Assembly: GCA_023248095.1 (NCBI GenBank)
Contig: JAHFFF010000001.1
Span: forward strand, 1 to 44,019
Direction: 5' to 3'
Length of the DNA stretch: 44,019 nucleotides
Source: Candidatus Omnitrophota bacterium
GTDB taxonomy: Bacteria; Omnitrophota; Gorgyraeia; 1-14-0-20-64-10
In this document: piece by piece, positions 32,658-42,033 of the stretch
Position numbering within the stretch: position 1 is the stretch's first letter
How the letters are laid out: the number at the start of each line of letters is the position of its first letter
Translations under genes and position numbers: made by a program
The notes under the pieces: generated by a model
The model's input: only the letters and a program-made list of their open reading frames with translations
Told to the model about the DNA's origin: nothing
Databases searched by the model: none

Positions 32658-33625
32658 TCCAGCTTCCTCGCCACCATCCGGGCAAAGGAACTCAAACCCC
32701 ACTGCTGCAGGAACGACTGAAAGGCAGCCCGTGCCTCCGGATCGGAGGCCATCAGCTGCCTCTCGAAGGGAGAGAGCCCCAGCCCAGGCTCCAAGCGGCA
32801 GTGTTCCTCTACAATTTGCACGTCCAGCACACCGGGAGTACTGACTTCAACCAATGCAAGACCAAAACGTTCTAAGAATAACTTCATCCCCTGCAGGGTG
32901 AAGCAGTTGGCCCGGTCCGGCGGGTATAGATACCGATTGCGCAAACCCAGTAACGCCAGGTCGAAACCAGAGCAGACCAACCCTGTCACAAAAAGGAGCC
33001 CCTCTTTGCACAGCCATCGGGTCACCTCCGCAAGGAGACGTTCCGGGTCATCCACGCGGTCCAGCGATTCCAACATCACCGCCGCCTGCACGCTCCCAGC
33101 TGCATGAGGGTCTCCCCTGCCATGCGCCAATTCCATCTCCTCCACGGTCAGCACCTCCGAGAAGGAGGAACTCTCTCTCAGGAAGGGAGACAATTCGCTT
33201 GGCGGGGTGACCACTTCCAGGAGGCGCGGCCGATTGAGATCCTGCAGCCGGAGCGTCTCTTGAATCCATTCTAGCTTGGGTCGATAGACATTTTCAACCC
33301 GCGAATGCACCAAACCTTGATGGAACGCCTCGGGCGATCGGCGGTACTGTCCCAGCCCCCGCAGGAGCCCCTCCCATTCCTTCGATTCCGGGAGCACGGT
33401 AAGGAAAAGGGATCCCGTTTGACAGCAGCGAGAATATTCCAGCCCATCCACCTGGCCTGCGATCTCCATCTCTGCCCCGGTGATGGGGGAGCGTTCCCGC
33501 CGGTGCGTCTTTCCCTGGCAGAGGCGGCGGGTCGCCTCCAGACACCGCTTCCGGTAGGGGGCGAGCCTCTCCAGCGGCTTGACGGAAGACAGGGGGAATG
33601 TGGTCTGTGTCTGTATCGATCTCAT
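32654..33625 (-). CDS. Methyltransferase-fold protein with degenerate SAM motif I
   Basis: Start ATG 33625 (MRSIQT...), an ATGA overlap. ...AAVMLESLDRVDDPERLLAEVTRWLCKEGLLFVTG matches MT post-II/III motifs. Motif I reads LLEVVTPPSE and lacks the GxGxG glycines. Confidence 0.4.
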   Translation of the reverse strand: MRSIQTQTTFPLSSVKPLERLAPYRKRCLEATRRLCQGKTHRRERSPITGAEMEIAGQVDGLEYSRCCQTGSLFLTVLPESKEWEGLLRGLGQYRRSPEAFHQGLVHSRVENVYRPKLEWIQETLRLQDLNRPRLLEVVTPPSELSPFLRESSSFSEVLTVEEMELAHGRGDPHAAGSVQAAVMLESLDRVDDPERLLAEVTRWLCKEGLLFVTGLVCSGFDLALLGLRNRYLYPPDRANCFTLQGMKLFLERFGLALVEVSTPGVLDVQIVEEHCRLEPGLGLSPFERQLMASDPEARAAFQSFLQQWGLSSFARMVARKLE

Positions 33626-34644
33626 CCGTTTGACTCCCGAGTGACAGGCTGTCTCTCCATGGCGTATACGTCGCGGATGAGTTCCATCACCCGGCCTGCC
33701 TCTTCCAAGGTTCCGTGCGTTCCGGGTCTGCCTTCCTGCGCCGCCTGCAGGAACTCCTGTACCTCCTTGTCCCACGAGTCATCACGGTCGAAGTGGATGA
33801 TCTCCTCCCGCGGATTGCCCAACGCCATCGCCTCATCCTCAAACTGTCTTCGCCCAACCACCAGCTGTTCCCTGCCGTAACTCCCGCTCTGCGAGAGCAG
33901 CCCGGTGGCGATCAGATAACCGTCACGGCAGCCGATCTCCATTCGGAAGGTGTGCTTCCACAGCGTAGCCGATGAGTGAAGGAAGGCGGGCACCCCCCCC
34001 TCTTTGGATCTCAGGAGCACGAAGGCATTATCCTCCACCCCGCAGTTCCAGAAGGAATCGGTCAACAGCGCATCCACCACCTCCAAGGGACCCAGGAAGA
34101 GGCAAAGCAGATCCAGCATGTGGATTCCCTGGTCCAAGAGAATTCCTCCGCCGGAGATTTCCACCTTGTTACGCCAGCTTTGCCGATATTGCAGTCCTCC
34201 CGATTTCCCGTAGGTTCCCTTGACGTAGAGGATCTCTCCTAAGCCACCCCTGCCGAGCATTGCCTTTGCTGCTTGTATGGAGGGATGCAAGCGGTGGTTG
34301 AAACCGAATACCATCAGATGCCTGGGTCGCGCCTGAGCTGCCTCCCGAATCTGGAGGAACTCCTCCCAGTTGCGGCCGGGGGGCTTCTCGCAAAAGACAT
34401 TCCCGCACCTCTCTAGGCCAAGAACCGCCAATTGGGCCGTCACATGGTTCGGGGTGCAGACAAAAACGGCGTTTACCTCGGACCACGGAATCCTGCCCTC
34501 ATCGGGCAACCGCTCTCCCTCAACACCTGCTCCGTCAGGGAGAGCAGGATCGACGATCCAGATCTTCCGGACCTGCGGTTGCTGCCGGAGAACCCGGGCT
34601 CGGATCTTTCCCATGTACCCATAGCCGAAAATCAGGCAGTTCAT
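33622..34644 (-). CDS. Gfo/Idh/MocA-family NAD(P) oxidoreductase (sugar dehydrogenase-like)
   Basis: MNCLIFGYGYMGKIRARVL Rossmann motif and ...NVFCEKP (EKP motif). Confidence 0.8.
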   Translation of the reverse strand: MNCLIFGYGYMGKIRARVLRQQPQVRKIWIVDPALPDGAGVEGERLPDEGRIPWSEVNAVFVCTPNHVTAQLAVLGLERCGNVFCEKPPGRNWEEFLQIREAAQARPRHLMVFGFNHRLHPSIQAAKAMLGRGGLGEILYVKGTYGKSGGLQYRQSWRNKVEISGGGILLDQGIHMLDLLCLFLGPLEVVDALLTDSFWNCGVEDNAFVLLRSKEGGVPAFLHSSATLWKHTFRMEIGCRDGYLIATGLLSQSGSYGREQLVVGRRQFEDEAMALGNPREEIIHFDRDDSWDKEVQEFLQAAQEGRPGTHGTLEEAGRVMELIRDVYAMERQPVTRESNG

Positions 34645-36194
34645 GCGACGGCCTCCACCTGAGAGGGGCGGATCCAGCGGATCAGCCCCTCGATCGAAAG
34701 GTCATCGACAGGGACCGCGTACTCTCTCACGTAACGGGTTGCCTCCTGCCACTGCCGCTCCCCCTCGGCTCCGATCTCTGAAAACCTTTGCAGGGCAGCC
34801 ACGAACTCCTCCGCACCGTCAACCCTCTCCCTCCAATCCTGCAGCTCGAAGAGCGGGTCGATCTCGCCCCACTCGCGATTCTCCAGGTAGATCGGTTTTA
34901 ATCCTGACAAAATCGCGTAAAGGACAGCGGAAGAACCCCGGTACAGGACTACAGAGGAGCAGGCCATATCCTCGGCGATCGAGCGGTTCTTCGAGAGCTC
35001 CACATTGGGAAGTCGCAGGGGGTCGCGGGCCAGGAGGCCCCGCACCTTATCAAAGGGCAGGACCGGATGACAGCGAAGGATGAATCGGTGATTCGGCAAC
35101 CGCTCAGCCGCTGCGGCGGCGGCTTCGAACAAAAGGACCGCCTCCTCCGCATGCCCTTCCGGCAGAACCAATACCTGACGACTTTGGGGTCGCGGGGCCG
35201 ATGAAACTGTCGCGGGATGATAGCGGAAGCTGCCGAAAACCTGCAGATCGCTTCCAAGATGACTCGGTTCCATGAGCCGGCGGGTATGCGGTCCCAAGCA
35301 GAGGACCCCATGCGGGTGTAGGGAGATCCCTCCCTCCGTCCCTTGTCGTGTCAGGGCAAGGTTGTGCGGCTGCAGAACCGTATGCTGGTAACCCAGAATC
35401 GCGCAACGGGCATCTGAGGACTCGATCCCACGCCAAAGGCACTGCTCCCAGCCGTGCCCCTCGTACAAACTGAGGAATGCACGTGGTCGGAACCGGCGGA
35501 CGGCCTCCCGCCCGATCCAATAGTAGATGCCAACCGGAAGGATCCGGTGAGAGAGACACTCACGGGAAGCCTCTCGTGCGACAGCGCGGATCTCCTCATC
35601 CCGACTCTTCCGGGCCAGGCGCCTTAAACGCAGGGCCGAGCGAAGTTGATTCCACCACATCGCCAGAGGGGCATTCAAAGGAGCAAGAATCAACTCAGGC
35701 AGATAGGCGCAATCGCCGGGTTGAGGGAGAGCCCGGAATCTCCAATTTCGTCCACGGGAATCTCCCCAGATCAGCAGGGTGCGCACGCCTCGCTCTCCAA
35801 GCCTTCTCAGCAGATCTCCAAAGTAAAAGTCGTTGAACTGGTGGGACGGTGGCGGATCGAAACACCATGTTTTTCCAATGAGTTCGTATGTGATTCCTTC
35901 CCATGCACGGGTCTGCCTATACCAACGAAGACGCAGCCATCCCAGCCTAGCGGTGAAGAGAAGGGCGTAGAGCCCCGTCGCGATGGCACCGCCAGCCAGA
36001 CCCAGGATGGTCAGAGGGCTGTGCTCCTGCCTACCGACAGTCTGTAACAACCGCTTCTGGGTGGGGTGGGTGGGGTGCTTGAAGTTCATCCAAGGAATGG
36101 CCCAGACCGATGGGGAGGGACAATGGTCCCGTACGGCCGCAGCGGCCTTCGCCAACTGCTCCAGATGAGAGAGAAAATCTCCCTGGCCCCTCAT
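34641..36194 (-). CDS. Uncharacterised membrane-associated protein with GT-B-like C-terminal half (surface-carbohydrate biosynthesis protein candidate)
   Basis: Start ATG 36194, an ATGA overlap. One TM (LTILGLAGGAIATGLYALLF). The C-terminal ...VLVLPEG...RFILRCHP...SSVVLYRGSSAVLYAILSGLKPIYL resembles the nucleotide-sugar-binding half of GT-B/capsule (KpsS-like) enzymes. Confidence 0.35.
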   Translation of the reverse strand: MRGQGDFLSHLEQLAKAAAAVRDHCPSPSVWAIPWMNFKHPTHPTQKRLLQTVGRQEHSPLTILGLAGGAIATGLYALLFTARLGWLRLRWYRQTRAWEGITYELIGKTWCFDPPPSHQFNDFYFGDLLRRLGERGVRTLLIWGDSRGRNWRFRALPQPGDCAYLPELILAPLNAPLAMWWNQLRSALRLRRLARKSRDEEIRAVAREASRECLSHRILPVGIYYWIGREAVRRFRPRAFLSLYEGHGWEQCLWRGIESSDARCAILGYQHTVLQPHNLALTRQGTEGGISLHPHGVLCLGPHTRRLMEPSHLGSDLQVFGSFRYHPATVSSAPRPQSRQVLVLPEGHAEEAVLLFEAAAAAAERLPNHRFILRCHPVLPFDKVRGLLARDPLRLPNVELSKNRSIAEDMACSSVVLYRGSSAVLYAILSGLKPIYLENREWGEIDPLFELQDWRERVDGAEEFVAALQRFSEIGAEGERQWQEATRYVREYAVPVDDLSIEGLIRWIRPSQVEAVA

Positions 36195-37117
36195 TTTCCG
36201 CTGCTCCAAAAATTGCCCCGCAGGTGGGTGACCCATTGCTGAGGTAGGATGGCCCCGACCAGGCTACGGGCGCAGGTCTCGGGAGCAATACCCAACGCCT
36301 GAAGCCGGTCAGCCCATGCCTTTCGGATATGGCCGGCCCGGTCAGAACAACCCGCGCGGAAAAGATGGGAATAGGCTAGGCTGCGGCGCAGGATCGTTCT
36401 CTCCATCGGGGGATATCCCCTGGAGGCTAGGTGGCGCTGAAAGATCTGGATGTACTCATTCGCCGCACCCAACGAAAAGGAATCCTGTTGTTCGTGACGC
36501 CGGATTCCCAAGAGGGGTTCCTGAAGGTTTGTCGCCCGGTAGCGGGGAAAAAGCCGAATGAACAATTCCCGATCCGCTGCGTACCGGTATCGCTCATCGT
36601 ATCCGCCCACAGCCAGAAGGGCCTCCCGACTTACCAGGATAGAACCATGAATCATCCCAGACCCGTGAAGCGCCGCCTGCCAGATCTCCTCGTGCCGTGC
36701 AGGTCGAAACCGGACCGCCTCTCGGCGCTGCGGATCCTCTCGGAATTCCCAGGCTGCTGTCCCGACGCAGCGAACGTCCGGTTGCCGCTTCAAACACTCG
36801 ATCTGCACTTCCAGCCGGCGCGAGTCCGAGAAATCATCGGCATCCATCCGCGCGATCCAAGGGCTGGCGCTCTGCCTGAGGCCGGTGTTGAGGGCGGCCG
36901 TCTGGCCCACGTTCTTATCCAAGCTCACCAGTTCGATTCGCTCGTCTCGATAGGAGCGGATCACGTCGAGGGTTCCGTCCGTGGAGGCGTCATCGATGAT
37001 CCGGAACAGAAAATCGCCGTACGTTTGACTCAGGATGCTCTCGATGGCGGTTCGGATGAACCGATCGCCGTTGTGAACAGCCATCAGAACTGTCACCCAG
37101 GGAACTCGGCCGCTCAT
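36191..37117 (-). CDS. GT2 family glycosyltransferase
   Basis: Start ATG 37117, an ATGA overlap. VTVLMAVHNGDRFIRTAIESILSQTYGDFLFRIIDDASTDGT...RMDADDFS. Confidence 0.85.
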   Translation of the reverse strand: MSGRVPWVTVLMAVHNGDRFIRTAIESILSQTYGDFLFRIIDDASTDGTLDVIRSYRDERIELVSLDKNVGQTAALNTGLRQSASPWIARMDADDFSDSRRLEVQIECLKRQPDVRCVGTAAWEFREDPQRREAVRFRPARHEEIWQAALHGSGMIHGSILVSREALLAVGGYDERYRYAADRELFIRLFPRYRATNLQEPLLGIRRHEQQDSFSLGAANEYIQIFQRHLASRGYPPMERTILRRSLAYSHLFRAGCSDRAGHIRKAWADRLQALGIAPETCARSLVGAILPQQWVTHLRGNFWSSGK

Positions 37118-38034
37118 ACCGAATGCTCCGCACACGCCCGCAGGCGCTCTTGCAACGGCCTTTCCCGGTCATCCAGAAAGCGGCGAAGTCCCTCGGCGCA
37201 TCCGGGCACGCCCCCTCCGGTCAGGGCGCAGAATCGCCTACTGCTCAGAGACATATCCTGCGGACGATCGGCCGGAAGATGTGCCTCCCTCAGCAATCCC
37301 CTGCGAACTTGGCCGGTAGGAAATCCAGCCAGCCGGGCCAGCGTCAGTCCGAAATCGCACTTGGAAACACGTTCCGCCCCGCAGAGATGGTAGATCCCCC
37401 GCCCTCCGGCCTGAATGAGAAGCGCCAGCCGCTCAACAAAATCGGCCACGTACAGGGGGCTGAAATAAAAATCCTCAAACAGCGTCACCGGCTGCTGCTC
37501 CTTGAGGGCCTGATAGAGCCACTCTCCGGCGGTCTTCTTTCGTCCGGAGGACCATCCGTAAAAGTTGGTGCGGACGATCAGGTGGTTCCGCACTGTCGCC
37601 TGAACTTCCCGCTCTCCCCGGAGTTTTGAACTGCCGTAAACGGTTTTCGGACTGGGGGTCTCCGTTTCCTCCACGAGGGGACGATCCCCGCGGAAGAGGC
37701 CGTCCGTGGAGAGGTACACAAAGAGGCCATCGGGGGGAAGCGCTTGCGCGAGCCTCCTTGTGATCTCCCCATTGCAGAAATAAGCCTTCTCCGGATTTTG
37801 CTCGCAGCCGTCCACACTGGCCATCGCGGCGCAATGGAAGAGCAGATCCGGCCGCACCTCTCGAACCAGCTTCTCACCGAAACCGGAATGGCCCAGATCA
37901 CCCAACAGAAAAGGAAGGGCTTGCGGACCCCACCACGGATGGCGATCCGTGCCGATGACCTCATGTTGTCGAGCGAAGAAGGTTGCCAGATGGGCTCCGA
38001 GAAGCCCTGCCGCGCCGGTGACCAGAACCCTCAT
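37114..38034 (-). CDS. RmlD-like NDP-4-dehydro-6-deoxyhexose reductase (extended SDR)
   Basis: MRVLVTGAAGLLGAHL...; STDGLF; catalytic YGSSKLRGE. Confidence 0.7.
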   Translation of the reverse strand: MRVLVTGAAGLLGAHLATFFARQHEVIGTDRHPWWGPQALPFLLGDLGHSGFGEKLVREVRPDLLFHCAAMASVDGCEQNPEKAYFCNGEITRRLAQALPPDGLFVYLSTDGLFRGDRPLVEETETPSPKTVYGSSKLRGEREVQATVRNHLIVRTNFYGWSSGRKKTAGEWLYQALKEQQPVTLFEDFYFSPLYVADFVERLALLIQAGGRGIYHLCGAERVSKCDFGLTLARLAGFPTGQVRRGLLREAHLPADRPQDMSLSSRRFCALTGGGVPGCAEGLRRFLDDRERPLQERLRACAEHSV

Positions 38035-39803
38035 CGAGCGGCCTCCGCCAGTTGGCTGTATCGGCCTCCTGCCTCCAGCAGTTCGCGGGGAGATCCCGCC
38101 TCCACCACCCGTCCCCCCTCCAAAACGATCACCCGATCCGCGTCCTGCACCGTGGAAAGGCGGTGGGCAATCAGGATAACGGTTCTCCCCTTGGAGACCC
38201 TGCGGATCGCATCCCGCACCTGACGCTCAACCTCCGAGTCGAGATGGCTCGTCGCCTCATCCAGAAGCAGCAGATCGGGATTGTGAAGGACCGCGCGCGC
38301 GATTGCGAGGCGTTGCTGCTGTCCGCCGGAGAGCTTCATTCCCCGTTCTCCAATCACCGTGTTGTATCCCTCGGGCAACTCTTGAATGAACTCATGCGCG
38401 TTCGCCAGCCGGGCTGCGGCCTCAACCGCCTCCTGTGGAAAGCCCTCCCTACCGAAAAGGATGTTCTCGCGCACCGAGGCATGAAAGAGGAATTGGTCCT
38501 GGCTGACAAAACCGATGCGCTTTCTCCAGGCGTTCAATTCCAGATCACGCAACGGGATGTCGTCCACCCAGATCTTTCCTTCGACCGGATCCACCAGGCC
38601 GAGCAGCATCAGCGCCAACGTTGTCTTTCCCCCACCGGAGGGCCCCACGAGCGCGGTCACCCGACCGGCCTCGAACTCCAGATCAAGCCCTTTGAAAAGT
38701 TCCGGTCGGCCGGGATAAGAAAAGTCCACCCCCTTCAGGCGAATCCCCTTTTGTACGGTGGTCAGGACACGAGAACCCGTGACAGGGCTGCGTGTGGGGG
38801 CCTCCAGCGCCTTCTCCACTTGTTCCGCATCGGGCAGGAGAGAGGACAGTTCCATCCGCAGTTGCCCCAGGCTGGTCAGGGAGGGGAGCAGGCGAAGCAG
38901 CCCCATGACAAAAACCCCCATCCGCGGAAGCTGTTCCAGGAGGGTTCCCGATGCGCGTGACTGCGCCACCCCGATGAGAACCACCAACACCCCGATGAAG
39001 GAAAGCTCCAAGAGGACCCTCGGCACACTCAGCCAGATTCCATCTCGGATGTACAGGCGCCGGTAGAGCTCGTTGGGTAGAGCAAATCGCCGGCGCCAAC
39101 TTGCCTCTGTCCCAAAGGCCAGGATTTGCCGGATCCCCCCCAAGAATTCGCTGGTGATCGAAAGCTGATCGGCCGCCGCCTTCATCCTGCCCTGTCCTGT
39201 ATGATACGAAATGCGTGTCGAGACCCAGTGGGTCAGGCGATGGTAAATCAATCCAATCCCCAGAAGGGAGATTGTTTCCAAGGGGAGAACCATCAGCAGC
39301 AGGATGAGGAGCACACTCGCCTTGAGGAATTCCGAGGCAAGCTGGGGAAGCTTCTGGGCCAGCACTCCAACCCGGGTGGCAGCCGTTGAGAGCAGATAAA
39401 TCAGCTGGCCCTGCTTTTGGTCCAGGAAGAAGGGGTACGGGGAATCTGCAAAACGATCCATCAGTCGCTGCTTCAGATCACGCTGAAGGGTCCCGGAGGC
39501 ATACGCGACGCTTCCATCCCTTAGGAGCGTGGCCAGGCAACGAAGAAGGTTGATCCCAAACAAGAGCACCAGCGCGGAAAGCAGGGGACCTCCCCACAAT
39601 CCGGTCGGTACCCATCTGAAGAGAGCCGATAGCGGTCCGCCGAACGAGTTGCCCCCGCCCACGAGGGCATGCAAAAGTGGAAGGAAGGCCGCCACTCCCA
39701 GTCCTTCTAACAAGGAGGCGATCAGCATGGCCGCCAGGATTGCCGCGGCCAGCCAGCGGTAGGGGGTCAGGAGTCGCAGGAGCACCGCCGAATGGGTTCT
39801 CAT
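38031..39803 (-). CDS. ABC exporter, fused permease + ATPase (MsbA/type IV exporter-like)
   Basis: Six-TM N-terminal half; Walker A GPSGGGKTT, signature LSGGQQQRLAIARA, Walker B LLLLDEATSHLD. Confidence 0.9.
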   Translation of the reverse strand: MRTHSAVLLRLLTPYRWLAAAILAAMLIASLLEGLGVAAFLPLLHALVGGGNSFGGPLSALFRWVPTGLWGGPLLSALVLLFGINLLRCLATLLRDGSVAYASGTLQRDLKQRLMDRFADSPYPFFLDQKQGQLIYLLSTAATRVGVLAQKLPQLASEFLKASVLLILLLMVLPLETISLLGIGLIYHRLTHWVSTRISYHTGQGRMKAAADQLSITSEFLGGIRQILAFGTEASWRRRFALPNELYRRLYIRDGIWLSVPRVLLELSFIGVLVVLIGVAQSRASGTLLEQLPRMGVFVMGLLRLLPSLTSLGQLRMELSSLLPDAEQVEKALEAPTRSPVTGSRVLTTVQKGIRLKGVDFSYPGRPELFKGLDLEFEAGRVTALVGPSGGGKTTLALMLLGLVDPVEGKIWVDDIPLRDLELNAWRKRIGFVSQDQFLFHASVRENILFGREGFPQEAVEAAARLANAHEFIQELPEGYNTVIGERGMKLSGGQQQRLAIARAVLHNPDLLLLDEATSHLDSEVERQVRDAIRRVSKGRTVILIAHRLSTVQDADRVIVLEGGRVVEAGSPRELLEAGGRYSQLAEAAR

Positions 39804-39805
39804 AG

Positions 39806-41092
39806 CTACAGCCGAAGGAATGACATGAGGTAATAGGCCTCTTGAACGTAAAGGTTCGGTACCCGGAAGAAGGTGATCCGATGCCCGGAATCCAACATGT
39901 TGAAATCCTCAAAACCCAACAGCCATTCCAGCAGCGTATCCTGATCGAGCGTCATTCTCAGATACGGTTCCACCAGATGCGCTGACCTCGGCTGTTCCAG
40001 AACCTCATCCTTTTGAAGATCCAGTTCGAACAAGGAGGACTGCCCCTCCACATCCAGGACAATCCGATACGCGGGAAAAAGCTTGGATTGCTCCTGCCGT
40101 CTCCAAAGCTGGCTGCGGGCATTGCGCACCAACCGGTTCAGCGTAAGGTGCCTACGGTGCGTGGTCAACGATTTCACCGCCGGGGTAGCCGAGAGCTGCT
40201 GGAAATGCCTTTGGAGCTCCTCCCGGTTCCAGACCCGGTACTTTCCTTTGATGATCTCTCCCCGGTCTGCATCCAGCTCCATACCAGGCTGCATTAGGGA
40301 AATCAGGCCTTGGTACTGGCCCCTTTCCCTGTGGTACTCAACGATCTCTTCGAGATTCAACCGGCGGATCTGCTGCCAGTTCACCTGAATGGGGTGAAGG
40401 CCGCGAATGGCATAGCCCCCTGCCACCGGAACAGTGATCTTCGGCCGGAGCAGATCGATTGCTCGTGTGAAGACCGCCGCCTTTCTCTCGAGTACCTTGG
40501 CGATAATCATCTCCTTCTCCGCATCGGAAAAATTCCCGTACATGGCCGGGTAACTCCCCCCTCCCGCGCAGGGGAGAAAGGCCAGATCGATCTTGGGATA
40601 GCGCCCGGCGAACTGCTGGCAGAACGGTTCCTCCGGGGAGTTGTCGTTGCAGTTGATTGCCACGTAGCCATCAAGATCGAAAATGACCGAGCTATCGATC
40701 ACCTCCGCCACCACGTGGTTGAACGTCGCAGCGAACGTTTCCACCCGCAGGCCCGGAGCGATCTCTGTCGGTTGCCCTTCGGGAACCAAGAGAAGTTTTT
40801 GAAAGCCGTGCAGGCGAAGCATCCGTTCCAGGAAGGCGGGTTGTCGAGCCAGCCCGATCACGGGGGTGCTCTTATCGAGGCTTGCCAATGTCTCCGGCTC
40901 ACAGTGGTCGCTGTGGATGTGGGAGATGTAGATGTAGTCCGGCTTCGGAATATCCTTGATCCGAATATCGGTCGGCGGGAATTTCTCCCATCCTCCCGCT
41001 ACAGCCGGAGCCTCCAGCCATGGATCACAGAGGATGTGGATCCCTCCGTGGAAGAGGGAGAAGCAGGCGTTTCCGTAATGCGCGACCCTCAT
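39806..41092 (-). CDS. Metallo-beta-lactamase-fold protein with ~200-aa C-terminal domain of unknown function
   Basis: Start ATG 41092 (MRVAHYGNACF...), an ATGA overlap. ISHIHSDHCE is the HxHxDH motif. Confidence 0.6.
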   Translation of the reverse strand: MRVAHYGNACFSLFHGGIHILCDPWLEAPAVAGGWEKFPPTDIRIKDIPKPDYIYISHIHSDHCEPETLASLDKSTPVIGLARQPAFLERMLRLHGFQKLLLVPEGQPTEIAPGLRVETFAATFNHVVAEVIDSSVIFDLDGYVAINCNDNSPEEPFCQQFAGRYPKIDLAFLPCAGGGSYPAMYGNFSDAEKEMIIAKVLERKAAVFTRAIDLLRPKITVPVAGGYAIRGLHPIQVNWQQIRRLNLEEIVEYHRERGQYQGLISLMQPGMELDADRGEIIKGKYRVWNREELQRHFQQLSATPAVKSLTTHRRHLTLNRLVRNARSQLWRRQEQSKLFPAYRIVLDVEGQSSLFELDLQKDEVLEQPRSAHLVEPYLRMTLDQDTLLEWLLGFEDFNMLDSGHRITFFRVPNLYVQEAYYLMSFLRL

Positions 41093-42033
41093 GCCCTCCT
41101 CCCCTTCCGGCCGAACAGAAGACAATTTCTGCCCATCCCCATTTCCGCAAGAGAGACGTAGAGTCGGCGCCGGAGATCCTGGGGGATCAAGGTCTCGAAC
41201 CGGATCCGTCCCTCATGACAGCGGCGGCCGATCTCCGGCCGGCCCACATAGTTAAATTCCTTGCCTAAGAGCAAGAAGAGCTCCATCGGGAAATCCCCCT
41301 GCGCGTGTAGCGGCTGGAGCCCGATCTTCCGGAAGAGCTTCCGGAGCGATGAAAAACTGAAATAGTTGATGTGATCCGGAGAGACGACCCACCAAGGCCT
41401 CCTTCGGGAGCCGTTCACGACCGAGAGCTGGAGTGGATTAAAATCGTTGGGAACCTGCACCATCAGGATCCCTTCGGGGGCCAGAAGATGGGTGGCCATC
41501 CTGAGAACCTCCACAGGCCTCGGCAGATGCTCCAGGACGTGGAACAGCGTGATGGCCTGATAGGAACCCCGCCGGCCGCGCCGATGCTCAAGGAATTGCT
41601 TCAGGGGTTGCTCGCTGACTTCGATTCCCTTACGGCGTGCGACGCGGACCGCCTCCGAGGAGATCTCCAGCCCGCAGGCCCTCCAGCCATACCCCCGCAT
41701 GAATTCCAGGAAATCCCCCGTCCCGCAGCCGATGTCGAGAATCCTTCGAGGGGATCCGTTCGAGGGGATGGATTCCTCAAGAACGGAGCGCACATCGGCA
41801 TAGAGTGTCCTTTGAAACCAGATCCGCTCTCTGCGGGCGGCTGGACCGCCCCGCAGAAGCCTCTGCAGATCTTGTCCCCGCGTCCCCGACCGGATGATCT
41901 CATAGTATTTGCTCTCATAAAATCCTCGGAGCCAGCGCTCATCCGGGACCGGCTTCAACCGGAGGAAACCGTAGCGGGGGTCCTTCGTCACGCGGACCGA
42001 TCCCCAGCGTTGCTCCCTCATTGCCCCCCTCAT
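41089..42033 (-). CDS. Class I SAM-dependent methyltransferase
   Basis: Start ATG 42033, an ATGA overlap; the track ORF extends to 42240. RILDIGCGTGDFLEFM motif I; ...ITLFHVLEHLPRPVEVL... Confidence 0.75.
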   Translation of the reverse strand: MRGAMREQRWGSVRVTKDPRYGFLRLKPVPDERWLRGFYESKYYEIIRSGTRGQDLQRLLRGGPAARRERIWFQRTLYADVRSVLEESIPSNGSPRRILDIGCGTGDFLEFMRGYGWRACGLEISSEAVRVARRKGIEVSEQPLKQFLEHRRGRRGSYQAITLFHVLEHLPRPVEVLRMATHLLAPEGILMVQVPNDFNPLQLSVVNGSRRRPWWVVSPDHINYFSFSSLRKLFRKIGLQPLHAQGDFPMELFLLLGKEFNYVGRPEIGRRCHEGRIRFETLIPQDLRRRLYVSLAEMGMGRNCLLFGRKGRRA

